From positions 1-23,134 of the forward strand of contig JBGSVZ010000051.1 of assembly GCA_041752695.1 (NCBI GenBank): 23,134 nt of DNA. The letters run 5' to 3'. Shown here one piece after another: positions 16,339 through 23,134 of this stretch (the first letter of the stretch is position 1; each line of letters begins with the position of its first letter). This stretch comes from Terrimicrobiaceae bacterium (GTDB taxonomy: Bacteria > Verrucomicrobiota > Verrucomicrobiia > Chthoniobacterales > Terrimicrobiaceae). Under the pieces are notes generated by a model that made no database searches, was not told the origin of the DNA, and saw nothing but the letters and a program-made list of their open reading frames with translations. The translations under genes and the position numbers were made by a program.

Positions 16339-17334
16339 TCATAAACCCATGCCGCACTTGCGAGGTTCTGAAGCCTGTTGGTGGCCTCGGGCGAAACCGG
16401 GCATCCGGGAGGTCACGGCGCGTTTACTCGCCACTTCCAGCGGCTTTTCTTCTGGGGAGGGCAAACCTTCCAGGCTCTCCTTTTGCTCGATACCCAGGAC
16501 AAAATCCGCGCTCTTCTGGGCCTGCGATGCAGCGGAGACAATCATTCGGGGATCGTTTTCGAGCTTCTCAATCCATGACGCGAGGTAGGCCGCTGAATTG
16601 TCGAACTGGATCTGATTGAGGATTCCTGCCTCGTTCGAGAGGAATGCCGCGCCAAGTTCGGCCACGAGCTCTTCCTTGGAATACCGCTCTGAACCGAATT
16701 TGACCGGCTGGGTGATTCCCTCGCGGTTCAACCGGGATGAATGCCCGGTGGCATGGGTCATCTCGTGAAAAAGCGTCTGATAGTAGTCCTCCAGACTGCG
16801 GAAGGTAGTTGGCGCTGGCAGGCGAATCACATCGTCCTTTGGCGAGTAGATGGCGGCGAACCCGCCGTTATGGATCGGACAAAGCCGGGAGTTTTCCACG
16901 ATGGAAGCGGCTTTTTCCAAGGGTTCCCCGACACTCTGTGTGGTGGTGATCGCTGGGGGCTCAATGCCTTCGGTCTGATCGAGGTTGAAGACATTCGCCC
17001 ATCGAACGAAGGGAATCCGGTCTGGCCGGCCGTCCTCGCGAACTACCGGGCGACCGGCAGCATCCTGTTTTTCGAGAAGCTTGTAATAGATGACGGGCAG
17101 CGATTTTTCCCCCTTCTTGACGTGACCGCCAAGGTCCAATGCCTGTTTGAAGGTGAGCCAGAACGGCGAAGTTCGATCCGTCATTCCCAGCGTGAACGCA
17201 TTGATTCCCCGATACGGTTTCCGGGAAACGATATTCTGGACGCAGCTCGTCCAGGGCTGTTGCCAAGGGACGGTGCCTTTCTTTAACTGCTCAAGAAAGC
17301 GGTCGGTAATGGATTGGTAGATGTCCCGACTCAC
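16339..17334 (-). CDS. ardC: Antirestriction protein ArdC (ssDNA-binding DUF1738 + zincin-like domain)
   Basis: VPWQQPW, YRGIN, WLTFKQA...GGHVKKGEK, VFNLDQ, zincin TLFHEMTHATGH and YSKEELVAE motifs; GTG start overlaps the upstream stop. Confidence 0.95.
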   Translation of the reverse strand: MSRDIYQSITDRFLEQLKKGTVPWQQPWTSCVQNIVSRKPYRGINAFTLGMTDRTSPFWLTFKQALDLGGHVKKGEKSLPVIYYKLLEKQDAAGRPVVREDGRPDRIPFVRWANVFNLDQTEGIEPPAITTTQSVGEPLEKAASIVENSRLCPIHNGGFAAIYSPKDDVIRLPAPTTFRSLEDYYQTLFHEMTHATGHSSRLNREGITQPVKFGSERYSKEELVAELGAAFLSNEAGILNQIQFDNSAAYLASWIEKLENDPRMIVSAASQAQKSADFVLGIEQKESLEGLPSPEEKPLEVASKRAVTSRMPGFARGHQQASEPRKCGMGL

Positions 17335-17534
17335 AGGGCGACCTCCTGCCGGGCCATGTCGATGGCCGCCTCCGCGTAGTGCAGAGGGAGCGCAAATTCC
17401 TCCGCGATGACGCCGGAAAGCGCCTGTCCGTCGAGAGTGCGGGTGAAAAGCGGGGTCTCATCCGCACCGATGCCGCGGTCGATGTAACCGAAAAAGTAAG
17501 ACTCTAAAATGATGATATGAGGGTCGGATTTCAT
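17331..17534 (-). CDS. Small hypothetical protein (leading region)
   Basis: 67 aa, with 4-nt overlaps to both the primase (ATGA) and ardC (GTGA). Confidence 0.7.
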   Translation of the reverse strand: MKSDPHIIILESYFFGYIDRGIGADETPLFTRTLDGQALSGVIAEEFALPLHYAEAAIDMARQEVAL

Positions 17535-18529
17535 AATTTGAGGGACGAAGGCTTTTGAGTTTTGGCGATGTGGATGGCCTGAACGGACGCAAGTAAATCC
17601 GCGTTCCAGTCCTTGAGTTGGGGGCAGTGGGAGGAGATTTGAAACCCGGTCCAGTCAACGGTTTCGTCCCACGCCTTTTGCCAGCCGCGTTCACCGGCTG
17701 CGTCATTATCAAGACCAACGACGAAACGCTGGCGGCGCTCGTAGGATTGCCACAGCAACTCCTGCGGGACGGTCGAACCGCTGCAACTTACGACAGCAAG
17801 GCGGTCACTCCGCCCTCCAAACAAGGTTTGGTAGCTCAGCGCATCAATGGGGGACTCGACGGCAACAACGGAATCCGCCTCCCGGATATTGCCCACCGTA
17901 AACCACCCCGTAAGCTTGTTCCCAAGACAGGGGCGAAAGCCCGATTCGTGCCGGGTATCCCTCAAGGTGGCCCCGACAACCTTCCCGCAATCCGTGCGGT
18001 GAAGGAAGACAAGGCCGGGATTCGGGTGATGATTGTTGGCGTAAATCGAGCCCGTGGCGTGGAGTTCGTCCACAATGGCCGGTTCGATCTTTCGAGTTTC
18101 AACGAGATAGGAGCGGGCAATCGGCCAGTTGCCATCGTCCCGCACGGCGTATTTCGCCATCAATTGCGAGAACGGCATCCGGTCGGACTCATTCGGTTTT
18201 CCGGGTGGAAATACGATGCCTGGCCGTGCGACTGCCGAAGGCCGGAATTCATTGGTGAGGGTCTGACAGGCGGCGGAAAAGTCCGCACCGCTCAGGTGCA
18301 TTTCCAAATCAATGGCCCCGGCCCCGCCTGTTCCGGTCTTATTGTCATACCAGCGGTTGCCGGTCACAAAGATGTTGTGACGGTCGGTTTTCACCCGGAA
18401 ACTCAAGCCTTCGGGTCTGGGATCGAGTCCATGCCATGCCAGCAGGGCAGGCAGGGAAATGGCCCGGAGTTCGGCGGTGGCTGGAAAAATCCCACCGCCA
18501 TTCTCCATTTGCGGAGCTGGCGATTTCAT
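17531..18529 (-). CDS. DUF3991 + Toprim domain protein (mobile-element primase-like)
   Basis: GGAGAIDL, YLVETRKI, Toprim VAVESPIDALSY, GLDNDAAG and KDWN motifs. Confidence 0.88.
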   Translation of the reverse strand: MKSPAPQMENGGGIFPATAELRAISLPALLAWHGLDPRPEGLSFRVKTDRHNIFVTGNRWYDNKTGTGGAGAIDLEMHLSGADFSAACQTLTNEFRPSAVARPGIVFPPGKPNESDRMPFSQLMAKYAVRDDGNWPIARSYLVETRKIEPAIVDELHATGSIYANNHHPNPGLVFLHRTDCGKVVGATLRDTRHESGFRPCLGNKLTGWFTVGNIREADSVVAVESPIDALSYQTLFGGRSDRLAVVSCSGSTVPQELLWQSYERRQRFVVGLDNDAAGERGWQKAWDETVDWTGFQISSHCPQLKDWNADLLASVQAIHIAKTQKPSSLKL

Positions 18530-18843
18530 TGCCAGCCGATGGTGTGGCAGAAATCCGCCACCAGATTTTCAACGGTTGGCTGGGGAAACCCGGCCACCGC
18601 GCCGAGCTCTTCGAGCGTGTCCGCGCCGATCAGGTCGGCCCGGACACAATAGAGAACCACGGAAGCGCGGAGTCCCTTTTGCTCAACGGTGCCGCCTTCT
18701 GCCACCCAGCCGAACGTGCGGCTGAGCACTTCGCAGATGCGTTGAAGACCATCGTCCGCTTTCGCGAGAGGCTCAAGAAAGTCAACCGGATGGCGTCGGT
18801 CGGAGTGGCGAATGTCGTTTTCGGGGAGCGTGTTTGTTTTCAT
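18526..18843 (-). CDS. Hypothetical protein with C-terminal HTH-like motif
   Basis: Probable start ATG 18843; TLEELGAVAGFPQPTVENLVADF resembles an HTH; ATGA overlap with the primase gene. Confidence 0.65.
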   Translation of the reverse strand: MKTNTLPENDIRHSDRRHPVDFLEPLAKADDGLQRICEVLSRTFGWVAEGGTVEQKGLRASVVLYCVRADLIGADTLEELGAVAGFPQPTVENLVADFCHTIGWQ

Positions 18844-18877
18844 CGCCGCCAAATATGACGGCTAAAAAACGCTCACC

Positions 18878-18920
18878 TGCTCCCGAACGGGAGCAACTTT
18901 TTCTCGGGAGAATTCGGGAG
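18878..18920. promoter_or_regulatory. CGGGAG operator-like cluster upstream of the leading-region operon
   Basis: Palindrome TGCTCCCG-aa-CGGGAGCA (18878-18895), plus TCGGGAG at 18904-18910 and 18914-18920. Confidence 0.5.
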
Positions 18921-18952
18921 ATTAACCCGAACCATTCCCCGCAGACATCAAG

Positions 18953-19180
18953 TTAGGCGTTTTGGGTTCCGGGTGCTCTGACGATGTAAAGCGTCACATA
19001 CGCACCAAATAGAGGAACAAGCCACACGAACAAAAGCCATAGCGGAACTTCCGCGCCAGACCGGTAGGCAAGAACCCTCCGAGTCGCCATGACTGCGGGA
19101 ATACCGAGAATGAGGAACCAAATAAATATCTGTAACAGAAATTTAATCGGATCGACTCCGAGAGCATTAAAAGTATCCAT
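18953..19180 (-). CDS. Small membrane protein, PLDc_N-like
   Basis: 75 aa with two hydrophobic helices; LWLLFVWLVPLFGAYVTLYI pattern. Confidence 0.65.
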   Translation of the reverse strand: MDTFNALGVDPIKFLLQIFIWFLILGIPAVMATRRVLAYRSGAEVPLWLLFVWLVPLFGAYVTLYIVRAPGTQNA

Positions 19181-19248
19181 GTCGTTTGTTCTTTCGCGTT
19201 GGGCTGATTGTTCGATAAAAGCTCTGGGAAAGCAATTCTGCCCTTCAC

Positions 19249-19809
19249 ATGGCCGTCACATACTCCATTGCGAGAACGCCCGCTGCTAAACAGAAGTGGC
19301 TGGTCTGCGCGGGCCTGGCATTGGGAACGTCCCTCGTCTTTTGGGTTGTCGTGGGTGTCTTGGCGAAGCAACCCGGTCAAGCATTCTGGTTATCGGGAGG
19401 CATCGGGGCTCTTGTCGTGGCAGTCTTCGTTTTTTTTGACCGTTCCAAGCATGTCCGATTCGAGATCGAGGACAGAGAATTGCGAGTCAGAGGTGATGTT
19501 TTTGGGAGGCGATTTCCGCTGGCCTCTCTGCGGCTGGAAAATGCTGCCGTTCTGGATCTGACAAAATCCACGGAATATCGGCCAAAATGGAGGGTCTTTG
19601 GGACCAGCGTTCCCGGCTATGACGCCGGAGAATTTTCGCTCCGCAACGGCAAATCGGCGGTCATTTTTTTATCGGATCGCCGCCGGGTGCTTTCGATTCC
19701 GATGAGGAATGGAAATCTACTCATGTTGAGTTGCGATGACCCGCTCAAGCTTCTTTCGGCTCTCGTTCGAGAAACACATCCCGAATCAGTTCAACCGAGT
19801 CTGTTTTGA
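19249..19809 (+). CDS. Membrane protein with bacterial PH domain (bPH_5-like)
   Basis: Two TM helices, then WRVFGTSVPGYDAGEFSLRNG...LMLSCDDP, typical of bPH domains. Confidence 0.8.
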   Translation: MAVTYSIARTPAAKQKWLVCAGLALGTSLVFWVVVGVLAKQPGQAFWLSGGIGALVVAVFVFFDRSKHVRFEIEDRELRVRGDVFGRRFPLASLRLENAAVLDLTKSTEYRPKWRVFGTSVPGYDAGEFSLRNGKSAVIFLSDRRRVLSIPMRNGNLLMLSCDDPLKLLSALVRETHPESVQPSLF

Positions 19810-20339
19810 TGTTCATCAAAACGATATCGCGAATCCTATTGGCAGCCTCATTGGTGTTTTCGACGCTGGGATTTTCTGACTCGATCCCAATTGAGCCTGC
19901 GGCCATCCGGCTGCTTTGTCCCCCGGAATGGGAAACCCTCGGCAAAGACTCTCTACCCGATGCCGCTCCAAATGTCTGTTTCCCACGAATCAAGATGGGG
20001 CAGTCACGAATTGACGTCGTTCTCTGGGAGCAAGCCGAATCACTGAACGAGGCTGTGGACAAATACATTTCGAGAATGCCCCGTCTTCTCCGCAAGGGTA
20101 CTACATGGAAGGAAATCAGCAGGGGTAAGTTTCGGGCCAATTCTGGTGTGGAAGGCGTTAAGCTTCGATTTTCCACTACCGAAACGTCGGACTGTGGTCC
20201 TCGGACAACGCAGCTTGTCCGTTACGTCTTCAAGAATCGGTTGGGCAAAATCGTCTGCATCGGTGGAATTGGTGACCTTGAAGTCATACAGGGCATTGTC
20301 GTTTCGTCTCTCGAACTCACTCCGCAGGGCCACCATTGA
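19809..20339 (+). CDS. Exported hypothetical protein
   Basis: ATG 19809 (TGATG overlap); signal peptide MFIKTISRILLAASLVFSTLGFS. Confidence 0.65.
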   Translation: MFIKTISRILLAASLVFSTLGFSDSIPIEPAAIRLLCPPEWETLGKDSLPDAAPNVCFPRIKMGQSRIDVVLWEQAESLNEAVDKYISRMPRLLRKGTTWKEISRGKFRANSGVEGVKLRFSTTETSDCGPRTTQLVRYVFKNRLGKIVCIGGIGDLEVIQGIVVSSLELTPQGHH

Positions 20340-20394
20340 TCGCGTCGGAAGTCTCGCATTCCAGCGTAAAACCAGCGCCCGAATATTCCAAAGC

Positions 20395-20664
20395 TCAAAG
20401 CCAGTGAACGAAAAGCGCCTGCCGGTAACGTAGTTTGGCCAATAGAACCCGAAGCTCCCGATGCGCTTCCTCGGCAATTACCCGGTATTCTTCATCTCCG
20501 GTCTGCCGATATTGCTCAACGGCTGAGAGGTAGGCCCCGGCAAGATTTGCATGAAGATGAACATTTTCACCGCTGCAAAGCTCTTCGACCTGCTGCAAAA
20601 GAATCTGGTCTATCCACTGGAAGGAATTGGGCACGGCGTGGAACGGCGGAAGAAAGTTGCCCAC
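20395..20664 (-). CDS. Hypothetical helical protein
   Basis: 89-aa GTG ORF starting 3 nt after the upstream stop; amphipathic helices. Confidence 0.5.
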   Translation of the reverse strand: MGNFLPPFHAVPNSFQWIDQILLQQVEELCSGENVHLHANLAGAYLSAVEQYRQTGDEEYRVIAEEAHRELRVLLAKLRYRQALFVHWL

Positions 20665-20667
20665 TCC

Positions 20668-21015
20668 TCAATCACATGGGGCTGTTTTCAATGTTGTTTC
20701 TGGAGGAGGTTCCTCGGCTTCCATTTCGGCAAACCTCATTTCCAGCCTCCGTTGCCGCCAGTTAATCGCGAAAGGAACGATTTCGGTAATCCGTGAGCAA
20801 CCCCCGACCACGAATCGGACGCGCCCAGCACATCGGTCTTGAATCTCTATCGCGTCGTCTTCGGAGGGCACGGCGACGGTCATCGCCCCGGCAGTGATAG
20901 CCCTTTCGACCTTGGACACATTTTCCGCGAGAATTTGCCTCACCAACGCCGCGAGTTCCGAAGGCCGCGACGGACTGGCGAGTTGGTCAATCGGGAATGA
21001 AAGATTGGCGCTCAT
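20668..21015 (-). CDS. Hypothetical protein divergent from the XRE regulator
   Basis: Start reassigned to ATG 21015 (115 aa) to avoid antisense overlap with the XRE gene. Confidence 0.55.
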   Translation of the reverse strand: MSANLSFPIDQLASPSRPSELAALVRQILAENVSKVERAITAGAMTVAVPSEDDAIEIQDRCAGRVRFVVGGCSRITEIVPFAINWRQRRLEMRFAEMEAEEPPPETTLKTAPCD

Positions 21016-21066
21016 GGGAATTTCTCCATGGCCAAAGTAGGCAAACGCTCCCTGGAGGCAACTCAA

Positions 21067-21088
21067 ATCGTCCATAAAAATGGACGAT
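21067..21088. promoter_or_regulatory. Perfect palindrome, candidate XRE operator
   Basis: ATCGTCCAT-aaaa-ATGGACGAT in the divergent intergenic gap. Confidence 0.65.
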
Positions 21089-21108
21089 CTTTCCCCTATG
21101 AAACAGAC

Positions 21109-21348
21109 GTGCCAAATCCGGTCGCTCAGTCCTTTTCCGAAAAGCTCCGCGCTTCCCGTGGAGAGCTGAGCTACTCCAAATTCGCGGAAAAGCTCGGGAT
21201 TTCCAAATCGCTTGCGCACAAGCTTGAAACGTCCGGCGAGGGCGCAACTCTGAACACCGTCTATAAAATCGCCTGCGCTCTGGGATGCAGCGTCGAGGAA
21301 ATTCTTGGACAGGATGCTGTTCGCAAGAAACGCTCCCGCCGTGGATAG
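21109..21348 (+). CDS. XRE-family HTH transcriptional regulator
   Basis: LSYSKFAEKLGISKSLAHKLE...TLNTVYKIACALGCSVEEIL; GTG 21109 is the likely start (longest ORF begins at 21028). Confidence 0.88.
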   Translation: MPNPVAQSFSEKLRASRGELSYSKFAEKLGISKSLAHKLETSGEGATLNTVYKIACALGCSVEEILGQDAVRKKRSRRG

Positions 21349-21994
21349 CGCCCCCTCGACACTATTCCACATCCGCCGCATTGGCGAAATGTCGGCCAAA
21401 GCTCCGGTAGTCGTCGGGGAAACCATCCAGGTGGAGGGCCTGAATGCCTACAATCGCTACTTGTGGCAGGAAAGTCTTCTGACGACCGCTGGTCGAGTCC
21501 CTGCGCCAACCAACATCTTACCTCGGCTCCCCGAACTCGGCCAGAACCAGCTACGCAAGGTGATGGCTGAAAGGCTCGCCAAACAACTGACCGAATCTGT
21601 TTTTGAGACCGTGCGCCGAACCGACTTTCCGTCGCGACCGTCTCGGCTCAACTGCCTGTTTGCAACGTCGTCGCCTTCGGCAGCAAGTCAGTGGGTGCAG
21701 AACTTTGGACAGCAATGGCCGTATCAGCTTCTGGAAATTGAGGTTCCCGGAGAATCCGAGATATTTGAGGCTGATGCGGGGTGGATTGTTTATGACACCC
21801 TTCCAATTTATCAGATCGAGTCCCACGCAAATATGTATTGGGCCGGAAAGAAGAATCCAGAACCCAAAGAGGAAATTCTTGTCCGGGGGCCAGTCTGGGT
21901 CAAAAAAGTGATTGAAACCTTCCATGCATCTCCCGTTCTCGCGAATGAATCTCCTTGTCCTGATCAGGAGGCGGTGGAACCCGCTACACTTTGA
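21341..21994 (+). CDS. DUF2441-family protein (ADP-ribosyltransferase-like fold)
   Basis: FETVRRTDFPSRPSRLNCLF, YWAG and EEILVRG motifs; the GTG start overlaps the XRE stop. Confidence 0.75.
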   Translation: MDSAPSTLFHIRRIGEMSAKAPVVVGETIQVEGLNAYNRYLWQESLLTTAGRVPAPTNILPRLPELGQNQLRKVMAERLAKQLTESVFETVRRTDFPSRPSRLNCLFATSSPSAASQWVQNFGQQWPYQLLEIEVPGESEIFEADAGWIVYDTLPIYQIESHANMYWAGKKNPEPKEEILVRGPVWVKKVIETFHASPVLANESPCPDQEAVEPATL

Positions 21995-22021
21995 GGATGG
22001 TCCTCGCTGTAGGGTTTGAAA

Positions 22022-22564
22022 CTACACTCCCGCCTCGGCTTTTCGCAAACTCTCTACAAGCTTGCGGAAGACTTCCTCGTTCGGAGCGTGTTGTCGAAAA
22101 TACGTCTCCAACGAAAAAGCGGGAGTGATATCGGAGCGAATCATTTCAGCAACATACTGAAGGTCTTTTTCCCGTCCGGCCTCCAGTTTGTTGTAGGCTA
22201 AATCGAATGGATCAAGGCACCAACCGGTGACACCCCCAGGGGAGATAATCGGAACCATGCGTTTTTCCCAGCCTTTCGGAGAAGTCATCATTGTCCATGA
22301 ACCGACCCCTTCGACGTAAAAACTATTCTCCAGCTCAAATTGACTGCCCGCCCCGAAATGCCTTTCGATCAATTCATTCTTTTCCCCGCTTTCGTTGAAG
22401 CGCGGAAAAAGATCAATATCCGCCGACACGGTCAATGCTCCCACCGCCAGTGGCTTTGCTCCGAGAATGGAGACGCTGCCCACAACGACAAATTCCCGAT
22501 CTCCCGTCAATTGAGCGCAGTTGTCGAGGGCAAGCTTGAGATCAGACAGCGTAAGCTCTTTCAA
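22022..22564 (-). CDS. DUF6036-family nucleotidyltransferase
   Basis: VVVGSVSILG...SADIDL (GS/DxD) and DLAYNKLEAGREKD motifs. Confidence 0.82.
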   Translation of the reverse strand: MKELTLSDLKLALDNCAQLTGDREFVVVGSVSILGAKPLAVGALTVSADIDLFPRFNESGEKNELIERHFGAGSQFELENSFYVEGVGSWTMMTSPKGWEKRMVPIISPGGVTGWCLDPFDLAYNKLEAGREKDLQYVAEMIRSDITPAFSLETYFRQHAPNEEVFRKLVESLRKAEAGV

Positions 22565-22880
22565 GGACAGTCAACCTTTCTTGCTCCGTAAAAAACGGTG
22601 GTTGAATGAACGGCATCGAGGAGCGCAATCGTTGAGCGTCGTCCCCCTCTGCCTCCAGCAAGTCGGCAATCTCCTGGGGACTGTGATGCTGGATCAATTC
22701 CGCCCACTCCGAGCGCGCTTTAGCGCAGAAGTGCTCTCCGGTGCCGTTTTTCATCCAACGCTCAATGTGTTGCAGGCCGATCTTGACAATTTCGGGGTTT
22801 TCGCGAATTCGCGCAGCCGCCAGCTTGGATAATTGGAAGCGAATCCAATCTTGGCGTTGATGTGGGCGGGTAAATTTCAC
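22542..22880 (-). CDS. Helical partner of the DUF6036 protein (antitoxin-like)
   Basis: 112 aa from GTG; overlaps the NTase start; W..LI...AQRLRSSMPF pattern that I recall in proteins encoded upstream of DUF6036 genes. Confidence 0.7.
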   Translation of the reverse strand: MKFTRPHQRQDWIRFQLSKLAAARIRENPEIVKIGLQHIERWMKNGTGEHFCAKARSEWAELIQHHSPQEIADLLEAEGDDAQRLRSSMPFIQPPFFTEQERLTVLERAYAV

Positions 22881-22984
22881 GACGATTTTACGAGGTTTCT
22901 ACCTTGAAAACCTACCCTATTGAGAGCCGGAAGAAAAGTTCAAAGGGGAAGACCTGTCCGCATCTTTGAAAAAATCAGGCAATC

Positions 22985-23004
22985 TGAGTGACAATGAGTG
23001 ACAA
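22985..23004. repeat. Tandem 10-bp direct repeat TGAGTGACAA x2, possible integrase arm-type sites
   Basis: Perfect tandem copies about 110 bp from the tRNA 3' end. Confidence 0.6.
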
Positions 23005-23111
23005 AATTTTGAGCATTTACGGACATTTTTGGCCTTCTAGATTTTGACACGAAAAAACCCACAGAGCTTGTGTTTATGAGGCTTAGCGGGCGAAAAGAGA
23101 GTTCTAAAAAA

Positions 23112-23134
23112 TGGTGCGCGATACAGGGTTCGAA
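23112..23134 (-). tRNA. 3' end of a tRNA (probably tRNA-Val) or its att-site duplicate; truncated by the window
   Basis: Minus strand TTCGAACCCTGTATCGCGCACCA = T-loop, T-stem, acceptor strand ATCGCGC, discriminator A and CCA. Anticodon not visible. Confidence 0.8.

Larger units (their letters stand above)
11420..23111. mobile_element. tRNA-integrated mobilizable/conjugative island (IME/ICE); left boundary not visible
   Basis: Relaxase, MobC, T4CP, oriT, ArdC, Toprim and a TA-like pair abutting a tRNA 3' end; probably extends left through the cargo. Confidence 0.8.

Noticed and set aside
15152..16357. 401-aa minus-strand ORF spanning the hairpin region, with an apparent internal peptide repeat
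   Set aside because: Only the last 76 codons look like a protein (MobC). The rest is Pro/Arg/Ala-rich and crosses oriT, and its repeat differences are compensatory at the nucleotide-pairing level. The long open frame is probably a GC-rich artefact, but this is not formally excluded.
12529..18652. Long plus-strand ORFs (12529-13443, 16741-17286, 17618-18652)
   Set aside because: Antisense to well-supported T4CP, ArdC and Toprim genes.
21016..21426. N-terminal extension of the 252-aa minus-strand ORF
   Set aside because: It overlaps the clear XRE gene in antisense; ATG 21015 is the more plausible start.

Overview
This window appears to be the right-hand part of a mobilizable or conjugative genomic island integrated at the 3' end of a tRNA (probably tRNA-Val; only the last 23 nt are visible). 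The host is bacterial and possibly Verrucomicrobiota, which is an inference from protein style only. From right to left it carries: (i) a DUF6036 nucleotidyltransferase plus partner (TA-like), an XRE regulator with a DUF2441/ART-like gene, and small accessory genes; (ii) a minus-strand leading-region operon (HTH-like protein, DUF3991-Toprim primase, small ORF, ardC); (iii) about 750 bp of highly structured non-coding DNA, with an 86-bp covarying repeat and three 79-80-nt rod hairpins sharing a GCTGAT...ATGAGC closing motif; (iv) an RP4-like oriT (IR + CTATCCTG) and a coupled operon of mobC-like RHH, MOB-P-type relaxase, small ORF, VirD4/TraD coupling protein and a stand-alone ClpB-D2 AAA+ ATPase; (v) a cargo operon of exported proteins: an unannotated 58-aa Ser-tract peptide, a toxin-less YD-repeat protein, and a putative effector/immunity pair, with an intact IS4-family element (9-bp TSD) inserted at the YD stop codon; (vi) an operon of a membrane-anchored protein, a large helical exported protein, an ABC ATPase-permease fusion, an alpha/beta hydrolase and a GYF_2 protein. 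No integrase or VirB4/MPF genes are visible in the window.
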